Source: Daphnia carinata (taxonomy: Eukaryota). Taken from it: DNA of 64,000 bases. Made by a program: the position numbers and the translations under genes. Of this stretch, positions 11,127 to 22,200 are shown piece by piece; the stretch's first letter is position 1; every line of letters starts with the position of its first letter. The DNA lies in the NCBI RefSeq assembly GCF_022539665.2, contig NC_081333.1, positions 8,494,001-8,558,000 on the forward strand, in the 5' to 3' direction. Under the pieces are notes generated by a model. That model ran no database searches. It had not been told where the DNA came from and worked only from the letters and a program-made list of their open reading frames with translations.

Positions 11127-11197
11127 TATCTCATGGCTCAATGTTAGAGCATCGGCGTTGCACGCTGAATGTCTGGGGATCGATTCTCATACCAGTA
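11127..11197 (+). pseudogene. Degenerate tRNA-like unit 3 (tRNA-Ala(TGC)-like)
   Basis: TGGCTCAATGTTAGAGCA-TCGGC-GTTGCAC-GCTGA-ATGT-CTGGGGATCGATTCTC. TGC sits at the anticodon position and the T loop is GATCGA, as in eukaryotic tRNA-Ala. 44/57 nt identical to unit 1 by hand count. Acceptor stem lost. Confidence 0.75.
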
Positions 11198-11342
11198 AAC
11201 CAATATACAAATACAAAATTACTTCAGAAAATATCCAGGTATTACACGTTCTTTCTCAAGTTCAAGAATTCAAAAAGTGTAATAAATAATAATTGAATAC
11301 TTACAGATAAACGATACAATGGTGGCAAAAACAAAGATGAAA

Positions 11343-13992
11343 TGAGCAAGCTAAATGAAAAAAAAAGTTGATAATGATAATGTGTGAACAAAGCGAACAC
11401 AGACAATGAAAGAAACAAATTTTGCAAAAAACATTTTAGAAAAAAAAATTTATTGACAATTCTCTGCACATTACAATTTTTTTGCAACTTTAAAAAGGCA
11501 CAATAGCCCTTTCAAAAGTTGCCGTCAACCCAGGCAGGGGGAGACACTGCCTTGTTGACCCACCGGGGAGATTACCCGGTGATTGGCTAAGAGAAGCCGG
11601 AAGAAGAGCTGAAGATTTGGAACATTTTTACAGGAGCGATTAACCTTTAGTTCGGATTTGTGGGTAGCCACATCGCCCTCCGTGAACACATCATCGGACT
11701 AAGCGGCACCCCACGTCCCCTTTCCGGCCAGAGCCCTCCAAACCTCGGTATATGTTGTTTTTATATATACCGTACAGTAGGGGCATGACCCCCTACGGGC
11801 TTATTATGAGTCAAGGGGAAACGGGGCTTCAGAAAAGAAGGGAGCCCAGATATGCACTTCAATTTTTTAAATATCAAATACCGTCTGGGGAATCCGAATT
11901 AAGTATAGAAATGTCATGTCATCCATCCAATCAATACAATTTATTCAGTGTCTTGCCCCAACCAAGAATCTTTTCAGATCCAATGTTACTATTAACCTAT
12001 ATTGAGAAAAGAAAAACAACACCATTAAGCATCTCAATTGTTGCTCATGTGACTTACATGACTTATAGATTCAACTTCTGGCAGAAGCTTGGGAAAGGCC
12101 ATACAAATTGCAGATGAAAATCATTGTATAAGGCTCTTGAATGATAAAATAGCACCCCTAGAATGTTGCATTGTTGATAGTTGTGTTCCCAGTACATGAA
12201 AATCCTTTCCTATAGGATAAAATTTTTTTTGGTAGATTAGACCTGGTTGGCAAAAAGGAGGAGAAATGCTTTGTCATAAATTCAAAATTATTTGAAGAAA
12301 AATCCTTTCATACCTAAAAAGTCCATGTATGATGTTCATCGCTGCAATGCCAACGAAATGAAACATCTTTAGGGCCATTTAAGTACCCAGCTTCACCAAC
12401 ACTCTGAACGTAAAGGACAAGTTGTTCTTTAGCCAGAGAAGCAGAATTATTTGAGGCTTCTAGCTGTGACAGAACTATAAAGGATTGCTGTTACACAGGA
12501 TTCATTCACACAAGATGGTACTTCTCATTAGACAATTTGCATACTCTATTACTTTACCTCATACCTTAATGGTAATGCACTTTCAGTGTTTTTCAACTGT
12601 AGGCTCACTCTTCCATTCTGTAACACTTCCAGACTTGACTTGAACCCCCATTAAAATTCTGTGAATGCAAAATAATAGCATTAAAAATACTTTTTCGATT
12701 GACAAAAAACCGAAAAGTACCTAATTCATGTTTTATGTTGAACTCATGCTATTTCTGGGTTTCTACCACACCCATTTTCAGCCCAAATACGGTCCCACAA
12801 TTGTTCACTTCCTTCGCTGCATGGACTTATTACTAATAATTCTTTTAGTGCAGCACTAACAGAATTAAACTTTAACACACTGTCAGGTGGTAGACTGAAT
12901 AACTAAACAATAAATAATTGTTTGTTAAAATTCTATACTTATTTTGAATTCTTATTTGAAAAGTTTAGGTACCTGACTGTGTTCGCCTAATGCCAATTCA
13001 TCCTCATGTTCAGTTAGGGATGAGTTTGGAAAAACCTCCTTCACTGTATGGAAACTGGTCCGTTCCAATTTGTTCTTTTCCCCTGGCTGAGCTTGTAGAC
13101 TCAAAATTTGAGCTACAAAACACAAATGAATAAAAGCAAATAAATAGAATCATTACGTATTAGGCCTTACCATCCTTAGCTTTGCTGTTATCTAATATTT
13201 TGTGTTGTTCCAATAATTGGGCCTGCAGCTTCATAATTTGATCTAATAAAAAATAATGAATAATTGAAAACCAATATAATAATGTTTATACTTACCATCC
13301 TTTTGTCGTATTATCTTATCCATTTTTCAATTGTTCCTCCAGCCACGCGTTATTCTCCATCCACGTTACTGAACTAACTGCGAATGGAATCCAATGGACT
13401 GAAATTGCCTACGCCAGTAATAACGAGTCTGAGCGGTAGATGGCTACGTGTCGGAAAAAAGAAAAAAGTGTGATTTTTTTTTTTTTGGCGAAATTTTATT
13501 TTTTTTTTTTGTGTAAAACGGATTGCCATAAGGCTATAAGCCATAAGGCCATAAACCTTCCCACTTTTACATTTTTGGCCAAAATTTAAATTTCACTTAA
13601 AATACATGGTTTCGATTCAAAATTGAATGGAAATCATGAAAATCAAGTTCATTTTTGCATTAGCTTTATGGTTTTTTAAATAAACGTAAAAAACAAAAAA
13701 GTCGGGCCTATTTTTCTCGGGCTTAAAAAGTCGGGCTTAAAATTTCTATAGATTTTCCTATTAAAACATAATAACGACTGGTTTAAGGAGAAAAACACTT
13801 ACGTAATCGAGCTCAGCGTTCAATTTTGGAAGGCTATAGCCTTCTCACTTTTTCATTTTTGGCTAAATCCTAGATATGACTTTAAATACATGATTTCGAT
13901 TGCAAATTGATTGAAAATCACAAAAATCAAGGTTGTTTTGGCGTGAGCATTAAAGTTTCTAAAATAAACGTAAAAAACGGACGAATAAAGTT
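11343..13992 (-). repeat. Right arm of inverted repeat (2650 bp)
   Basis: Reverse complement of 8047-10697. Confidence 0.97.
12120..13360 (-). pseudogene. Mirror copy of the disrupted spliced gene in the right arm
   Basis: Reverse complement of 8679-9920, with an additional 2-bp deletion (~12763) and a 1-bp homopolymer insertion. Confidence 0.7.
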
Positions 13993-14568
13993 TCTTTATA
14001 CTGTTCTCTACTTCCCACTTTTGTCAAAATCTGAAAAAATTGACATCTCTCGGAATTGAATGAAGTTTACCCTGTACAATCAGTATTGAACCGTGACTTT
14101 AAATTTGATTTGTTTTCTCATCTAACTCAATCGTTTTGGAAATAAATCGAACAAAAGTGCTGTCGGCGCAAAAATTTTGTTCCTTTTTTAATGCGTTTTT
14201 TTTCAAAACTGTAATCTCACAGCTAAACAACTTGGTTTTCGTGATTGTAGTTTAATGTCTTCCTATTTTTTTGAGATCCAATTTGATTTCAGAATTACCG
14301 TCGTACACTACGATATGGTAATAATGTCACTTTAGTACATTAGAAACTATCCAAGCGTGGACGTACAGAGGCCGCTTCTTAGTTTCTTGAATTCGGTACG
14401 ATTGGAATTCAAATCTGCATGTCTTACTTTATTAGCTCTTTAAAAATGCAATGGTCATACCTTTTATTTCTTGTAGGAAATTGCGGTTTGCACTTTACAA
14501 CGGGAACCCTCCGCGATCGCAAATTATAAATTAATTATTTTAATCAACTTAATCCCTCCTCGATTTTT

Positions 14569-17271
14569 CTACATGCCGGTATTACGATTGTCGTAATCTG
14601 AACCGGATGATCGTCGGTCATATTCACTAGGAATAGCATAGATGTGCTGTTGATTTGGTCGGGTAGGAGGTGGTGTGAGCGACGAATTTGCCTGATCATC
14701 CGGATCGCTGGTATTACCCGCAACTTGCCACGCTTTTGGAGGAAAAGAATGATGAAGGTTTTGTAAACCCATAACGATTTTTGGAAGGACAACTCCGAAA
14801 AGGATTACGAAAGCATTTCCTATAGATCAAATATCAATATCAGATAACAATGTAGAACTAACAAAATGTGAAAATAAAAAATGGAGACCTTGGATTCCTG
14901 CAAGAATGATGACATCTCGCCATTCATTTCCAATCTGAAAATATAAAACACTCCACGTTATGTTGATCAATAAGCAGATCAATGAAGATACGCTGAGGTT
15001 GATTTTGATGGCTGAAACGTGCCTGTCAATGCAGAAGTTTTTTATTATTTACAAATGCAAACGGTTTTTGGATATTTGAATGAGTTTTACCAGTGATGAT
15101 AAATGATGATTAGACTTCCTAAGCTGACAATCCCGTGTAGTATGGTAGGGTACAAAAATAGCTTCAGCGACAGTAAATCATCAAGAATGCACTCCGTTTT
15201 TGGGCCATAATCAGTCAAAATTTTGTTGATCTGTAAAGTGTCATCGCGAAAGAGCGTCTCATATGTCAAAACGGGGGCTTGGACACTGATTGCCAGAACG
15301 AAAAGAAGCATCTGAATGCATAGGCGGGCAGACTTGTCATCCGGTCGAGTACCCACCAGGCTTGTTGCCGCGGTTGAAAATATGGAAGCCAGAAAAAAAG
15401 TATAAGCTCCACTCAAAGCGATAACACGGCCTAGGCAGAGGACGTTACTAGGTACCAAAAGATAAAGGAGGCTGACCAAAAAGAGCACGAGGATAGCAAC
15501 TAACAGTAAAAAGATAAAGTTGCCTGATCTATCTTCGTGATTTGAGCAGCACTGAATATGAAATATAAACATCGTGCCAGTTAGAGTTAATAAGATGCCT
15601 AAGATAGAAATTGAGCCAATCATGATGATGTGTAACTCGGTGCTAAGTTGGAAGATAAAGCCTGAGGAAGAATCGACGTTTGTGCACAGACAATCTTTGC
15701 ACTCTGTTATCTCTTCTCGTACAACGTCCATGTTTCGTGTAGGAATGAACTTATCCTCGTGGATATTGCCAACCTCAACGATAGTTTGCGGACCTTTGGC
15801 ACTCTTCTTTGACACATAGGTGACAGGAAATAGTTCGTTGTAGATGCTAATGTCAGTAGAAAGTTTAAGAATTCGTAGATCCTCCTCTGCGAGCGTGGTC
15901 TTCTTTATCAAGTGATGAGGTTCAAAATCACAAGCGTTTATCTTGTCGCTGCAGGTGCTTGATAAATGGTTCTTGAACTGCTTGATCAGCGAATACAGAA
16001 CTCGTGCTGAGACATTATCGTCCGTTAGCACTCTTTGTGGGCGAATGATAAAAGCTTCTTGGGCGATCGCCGCCACTTCTACAATAGTAACAGGATACAT
16101 AAATGATACTTATTGATCATTCAAATGACTTAAATACCTTCCGTAAAATTTGAATTCCAGTTATCGGCTGCCACGAGCACGTATTTGTAGTGGGAGCTCG
16201 TCGTGTTGTTTGCTTGAAAGTGTGGAAGAACGGCTAATAAAAATTCACTGGAACCAATCAAAAGGTATACTTTTGACCCGGATCGTTTTGATCGTCGAAC
16301 GGCTCGAACTGTCATTTCTTTCGTCCTACTTTTTTTTTTAAAAGCAATAGCGGAAAATGAATTTACTCATCTTTTTTTGGAATTCTTCTTGGGTTAAACT
16401 TGCTTTAGTGCTTGCCTATTAATCGGGGAAAGCACTGTTTGCGCCACAATACAGATACTACGTTCACCAGCTTTTTTCGAAAAGCTGAGCAACGCTTGCT
16501 TAGATTGGCTAATTACTGCGATCGATGACCATCGCAGTCGAACGAGAAGATCCGAAACAGCATCCAGAGGAGAAGTTGTTTGCCAATATGAGATGTCAGT
16601 GGCAGGTAAATTTAGCACAGACAGTAGTTGTACCGCAGAGGGATAAGAACGAACGGGGAAAAGGAAACCTGAAGAACAAGAACAAAAACAAATGAAATAA
16701 AATAAAAGCTTATTGGTAAACAATATCAGCACCTAAGTAAACGCCCACTCTGCATGAATAGCCATGCGTTAAATTTGCCTCAAGAGCAGTTTCCAAGACG
16801 GCTTGCAGCGCTATGCTCTCCTGGCCACATGTGTCAAATATTCGAATACCTATAGCACAATGATAATTGTCAATCATAAATTCCCCGGAAGCATGCAGCG
16901 ATTTGAATGCCTTACCAATTCGTAGATCTTTTAAATACTGAATCGAGTTGAGTGTTTGAAACGTTTGCAGAATCCCGTTCATGCTTTGCATGGATGCAGC
17001 ATTTTTCTGATTGCATTGCGGACCCTGTGTCAAGTCCAGCAGGACGGTGACCGTAACATCGCCTGAAACAATAAAAGTCAAGGGAAAGGTGACGCATTTT
17101 GATTACAATCTACATGCGTGGATGAACAGTATCAAAGTCACCTTTCTCTTCGTAAACTAAGCTGGATTCTTTAGCACACTCGCTCACATGCTGGTTTTGA
17201 TCACCGAGAGATTGTAGAATCCTCGTGGTCAGAAGCAGCGTTACAACAATCAATGGCGAGATGGACTTCAT
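14569..17271 (-). CDS. Class C GPCR, bride-of-sevenless (boss)-like: signal peptide, degenerate Venus flytrap-like ectodomain, 7TM
   Basis: Signal peptide MKSISPLIVVTLLLTTRILQSLG from ATG 17271. Spliced LRIG-IRIFDTC matches the class C ectodomain G..I.DTC motif; LLVRLRWSSIAVI follows. TM1-5 lie in ORF 15087-16100 (LCLGRVIALSGAYTFF; IQMLLFVLAISVQ). TM6-7 lie in exons ~14890-15022 and 14569-14819 (WRDVIILAGIQG-NAFVILFGVVLPKI). Boss assignment rests on recalled similarity, so no symbol is given. Confidence 0.8.
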
Positions 17272-17307
17272 GGAGAACTGCGGAAACGCCTCCACCCGAA
17301 CATTCAC

Positions 17308-17600
17308 TAGAAAGCTGGCTGGAACAGTTCAGGTAACAGACAGCTTTAATTCGAAACAAGCGAATGTGACGCTCACCAATTTCGTAGTGCCAATAACTTC
17401 CTGCATATTCAAACAAAAATTACTTATCAAGACCTTTGAACAATGCCGTCGGACGAGCCAACGGTCTAGGCTCTCTACAGACTTACTGCGCATGCGGAAG
17501 ACGAGGAATCCGTAATAAGGTAAGCCAATTAGTGCGGCAGAGGTCCGAAATCAAACAAGGGCTGCGTCTGCCCAATTGCATAATCCTATGGTACCATGTT
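17308..17600 (-). promoter_or_regulatory. Putative 5'UTR intron and promoter region of the boss-like gene
   Basis: Minus-strand gtaagt donor at 17481-17486 and tttctag acceptor ending at 17308. TGCGCATGCG (NRF1/Ewg-like) at 17487-17496 and CCAAT motifs at ~17525 and ~17572. Confidence 0.3.
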
Positions 17601-19277
17601 TAAATTTTCTCTTTGCATTGGACTGGCATCCGGTCGTGTACAACTGATCTATAAAAAGGTCCTATTTGGAATGACTTAAACTGCCATTGTAACATGAGTG
17701 GGCCATTACAAATGTAAACTAACAACAACTTACGGATTCTAAGGGCGGCGGTTTTTAAAATGTTTTGGCCTCCTTCTCTCCATGCGCAAAAACCGCATCA
17801 TTTTAAAGTTACGGTTTAAAAAAGGAAATTTAAAAAACTGCGTCGCCATACTGGCTGGTATTTTGCCTGAGTTGCTGCATCGCATCTTTGTTTGTTTTCT
17901 TTTTCCAGCGTTGATTCGTGAGAGAATGTACGATATCACACTAAACCCCCAACTCTTTCTAAGGATTCAACTGAGTCCGGATCGTGGATAACACGGGGTC
18001 ATTTCTAATTCATGGGAGGATAGCAAATCAAAGGATCAACGGGTAGAAGGACTGCGCTCAACATGATTACAGTGTAGTAGGGGAACAAACTAGTTCCATA
18101 ACAATTACATTCGCTTCGTGCACAGTAGATTGCCTAATTGCGATAACCTCGACTATGGAACGCTCGCTTCTTTAACATCTGCTGCGTGTTCGGTAATAAG
18201 ATGTATTAAGAGACAGGATGTTTCTGTGAATGAATATTGTTGGCTACAGATAACGAATGACATGAGAAGAGGAAAAGAAATAGGTATGAGTATTAGTGGC
18301 AGCAATCCGATCGGATGTGGAAACCGGACAGAACAAGTTTCAAAGTTCGGCATTTAAAGGTAACACAAGTATTGTAAACAAGAATTTGGGGAAAAGGGAA
18401 TGGAGAAAGCGAAAGAAAAATGAACGGGCGATTACAGCATTTCTTTTTTTCTTGGCACCGCTGCTCAACGCTACCGTGTAATAATATTTAAATTCAAACT
18501 TTTCGATTGACAAAAAGGAAACCCGCAAAACGAGGGGGTTCCTGAAAACAATTTTAAAAAATGGAGAGGGGGAAAAAAAAGAAGCATATATGTACTTATT
18601 TCAGTGAAATCAATACCGAAACGGGGCGTTGACCAACGAGGAAACAGGTTTTTCAGGGATAGAAAAAGAGGAGGATGGGAGGAAAATGTCACTGTGTGAG
18701 TGAGTGTAAAGTGGCAACGTAATGGCTAACGTAAGCACAGACATTTCTCGGGTTGCCCTGTCCTATGCATATATTCAAAACTACCCACACCCGAAATCAT
18801 TATGCGTCATGACTTGGATCGATTCGAAAATCCTTTCAGTCAACATTTCTTTTTTTTTTTTGTTCTTAGTCTTTTCCGGCTGTACTTTGTTTTTCATGTG
18901 TTGCTTGTTCACTTCCGTGATTTTCCAATCGCTAAATATACACTGATGTCCAATTATTTATACTCCGAAGGGATCCAAACGAAAAAAAAAGCAACATGGA
19001 AGGGACTTGCTATCAGACATCTTATAGCTTGAAAAGAGGAAAATGATAATAAAAGGAAGCAAAACGTAATAGAATAAAAAATTGCTGTTAAAAATATACG
19101 CTACAAGGGGATAGGAGGAAGAGAAATAGAATCAAATCGCTAGCAAAGGTTTTTTTTGTTATATACCGTAATTTTGTCGATTGTTTTCCTTTTTTTTGTT
19201 TGTTTTTTTTGTTTATGTTGTCAACGTCTTACCCTCGTTCAGCTACTGCACTTGATTACGTGGCCTTTTCGCAGCGC

Positions 19278-22200
19278 TTACAGACACTTCCTAGAGCAGC
19301 CGCATTTGCGGACGATTTCAATCTCCTTGGTGTAGCGCGTTCCGTCATTACAGATGAGCTTCAGGCGGCGTTTCTTGGAGCGTCGAGGTCGGCAGCAATC
19401 GGAACCGCAGTTGCCGCTGCAGACGGAATTCCGGACTGGCTTTGTCGATCGGCAGCCGTGTTCCATGTAGTAGTCACGGTATTGTTCCTTCCGGCATGTC
19501 GGCGCTATAACGATAGCAGGTTAAGCAACGAATATGCGAAAGCAACCGTGAATTAACACTTACCAGTGTCGCAGTATTTGCCTCCCCAACCAGCTTGACA
19601 TTTGCAGCTGTAATTCTTGCCGTCTTTCTTTGAAACGCACTGACCCTTACGGCAGCGGTGATCCTTGCACGGGTCATATGAAGTCAGCACTGACGTCTTG
19701 AGCGTGTTCATCTGCACATTGTAAAATTTGCACAAGACAATTGAAACACTTGTTTTCGATGTTCGTGTTTGCATCTTTTCATTTTTCTTACATAGCTCTG
19801 CGGCTGGGCGGCACTGTCTTTGACTTCACGCTGTCCATTATCCTTTTTCAGGTTGCTGGCTTTGGGCTTGACCATTTCGGCGACCGTGTCCTCTGATTCG
19901 GAATTGGCACAGCCAGGGATGATTCGGTTCTGTTTGGTAGCAGCCTGAGCGTAGTCTGTTAACTTGCCGTTGATCCAGAGTTCTGTTGGGAAGACAAACG
20001 CGACAGGTTACGATGTGAAACCAAAAGAAATAAAACGAAAGAGTCTATAAAAACGAAAAACGAATTGCAATAAAGACCTTTTATGCAACCGCGGAAGCTA
20101 GTGGTGTTTCTGAGTTGCCACTGTCGTGCGGCTTTCTCAGCCGCTTCATTGGGCAGGCCTCCAATAAATAGTGGTGTGCTCAAGCGCAGGTACTCGTGCT
20201 CTCCCTCATTGATCATGGAACGAGCGTTCCCTTGATCAACTCGCAAGGTAAAGTTCTTCTTCTGCGACAGCAACTCCACGGTGTGGTATCGACCATCGGA
20301 CACTGTCTCGTAGCTAAAACAACATCGAAAGATAAAGTAAACATTTAAAAGCCTGGTCATGCGGCTATAAAGTGAATAACAAACCTGAACATGTTGGAAA
20401 CTGGGTAGTTTCCGACATCGTAGCTGACGCGAACGCGGCCTCGGAAGAGTTCGACGGCGATGTGCTGCGATTCTCCATTGTAGACAAGAATGCCGTTTTC
20501 TTCTTCGGTCGAGAAGATCATGGTAATGTTGGCTTCTGGTTTGGTCTTCAGCGATGGCATCTCAATGTAAGAACCATTTTGGGCGAAGCTAACGCTAGTC
20601 AAAAATTCGCAACGCTTTCCTGGATGGACATCGTCATATAAAAACGCGATAGAACCAACATTTTTCAACTGATTTCAAAATGGACTTACCGGTGTAACCC
20701 GAGGCGCACTTGCAAATGTAATCCGTCAATCCTTGAGGTTGAAAGCAAATGCCATTTTGGCAATCGTGCTGTTGACAAGGTGAAGTCTGTGGGTATAACA
20801 GACTCACCATGGGGGAGGCCTCGCAAAACTTGCCAGAAAATTCAGGCGGACATTTGCAAGTGTATTCGTTAATACCGTCAATACACGTGCCACCGTTCTA
20901 TAAAAAAGTTGGAACAATTCGAAATTCGATTCACTAGAGATCCCTATATAGAAACTAGTAATACCTGGCACATGTGGTTGACACAGTCGTCGTTATTAAT
21001 TGTACAATTTTCACCGCTGAAACCAAGGGCGCATTGGCAAGTGTAGTGATCACCGCGGTCCAAGCAAATGGCACCATTTTTGCAAGGATTGAACTCTTTG
21101 GTGCAGAACTGGATCTTCTTTTCGCAGTACGTTCCTAAAAGAAAAATAGAGCTGTATTGCAGGACGAAACTAACCAATACTACAATAGATAATTCAAATC
21201 ATTACCTGTGTATCCACTCTGGCAATCACAACGGTAGGATTCGACTTGATCGACGCAGGTGGCATTGTTGACGCACTTGTGATCCAGGCAGTCGTTGATG
21301 TTTGTTTCGCAACGATCTCCCTCGTAACCAGCAGAGCAGTGACAACTGAGTAATAAAACGCGCAAGTTTAAAAGGCGAATTTAACGCATGACAAATCGAG
21401 TGGCAATACCTGAAACGACCTTCTTCTAAAACTTTGCAAATGGCAGAATTGCGACAAGGGTTTCCATAACAGGCGTCTATGGCAGACTCGCAAAGTTTTC
21501 CGTGATACCCAGGAGCGCACAGGCATTCATAATCCCTCTCGCCCGTCGGCCGGCAAGTGGCGCCGTTTTTGCAGGGGAAGGTATAGCACGTGTCGCACTT
21601 GGCCAGCACTTCATTGGAAATTTTGCCTAAGGAATAACAATCAAGAGAAAGCCGAAACATCTCAATTTGAGGTGGATAAGAAAATGGTTCAATTTAACGT
21701 TGTTTACCTTTGCACTGGAAGTGATCAGCGGGGGAAGTTAGAAGGAGCTTGTCTCTCAACAACGTCGGCTCGGCGCAGCGAGCGATGCCCGGCTCAACAT
21801 AGTCTCGTTTGACCCACTCGGCCAGCCAGCGAAGATTGCAATCGCAGTAGAATGGATTGGAGCCAAGAGCCCTGTACCGTTCAAACACGATCATTAAAAA
21901 CGTGCGTCGGAACGAGTCGGGAAAACAGAGAAACTCGGGAAAGAAAAAAAGAATTTTTAAATTACAAGTGGGTGATGGATTGTAGATCGGTGAAAGCGCC
22001 TTCAGGTATCATGGATACATCGTTCCCGTGCAACGACCTGAGATTGAATAGTAATAATAAAAAGAAGAATAAAAATGGCAATCAACACGTTAGAGACAAC
22101 GGTCACGTTCTGTTGGCACGTACATATTATAACTCGATTTGAATCAAGCCAAATGCTAGAAAAACAAACAACACACGAAAAAAAGAAATGACGTACAGAA

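Larger units (their letters stand above)
8047..13992. mobile_element. Foldback-like giant inverted repeat: arms 8047-10697 and 11343-13992, 645-bp spacer
   Basis: The arms are reverse complements. The same 121-aa ORF appears at 9923-10288(-) and 11752-12117(+), and the outer ends are aactttattcgtcc and ggacgaataaagtt. The inverted repeat is directly visible. The mobile-element label is inference: no transposase or target-site duplication was seen. Confidence 0.6.

Noticed and set aside
10781..11197. Functional tRNA genes (Thr-GGT, Ala-TGC)
   Set aside because: Acceptor stems do not pair, unit 1 lacks U33, and there are no adjacent terminators.
448..11200. Functional link between the TFIIIC subunit gene and B-box units 6 kb away
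   Set aside because: An unrelated gene lies between them and the units sit in a probable insertion. Proximity alone is not evidence.
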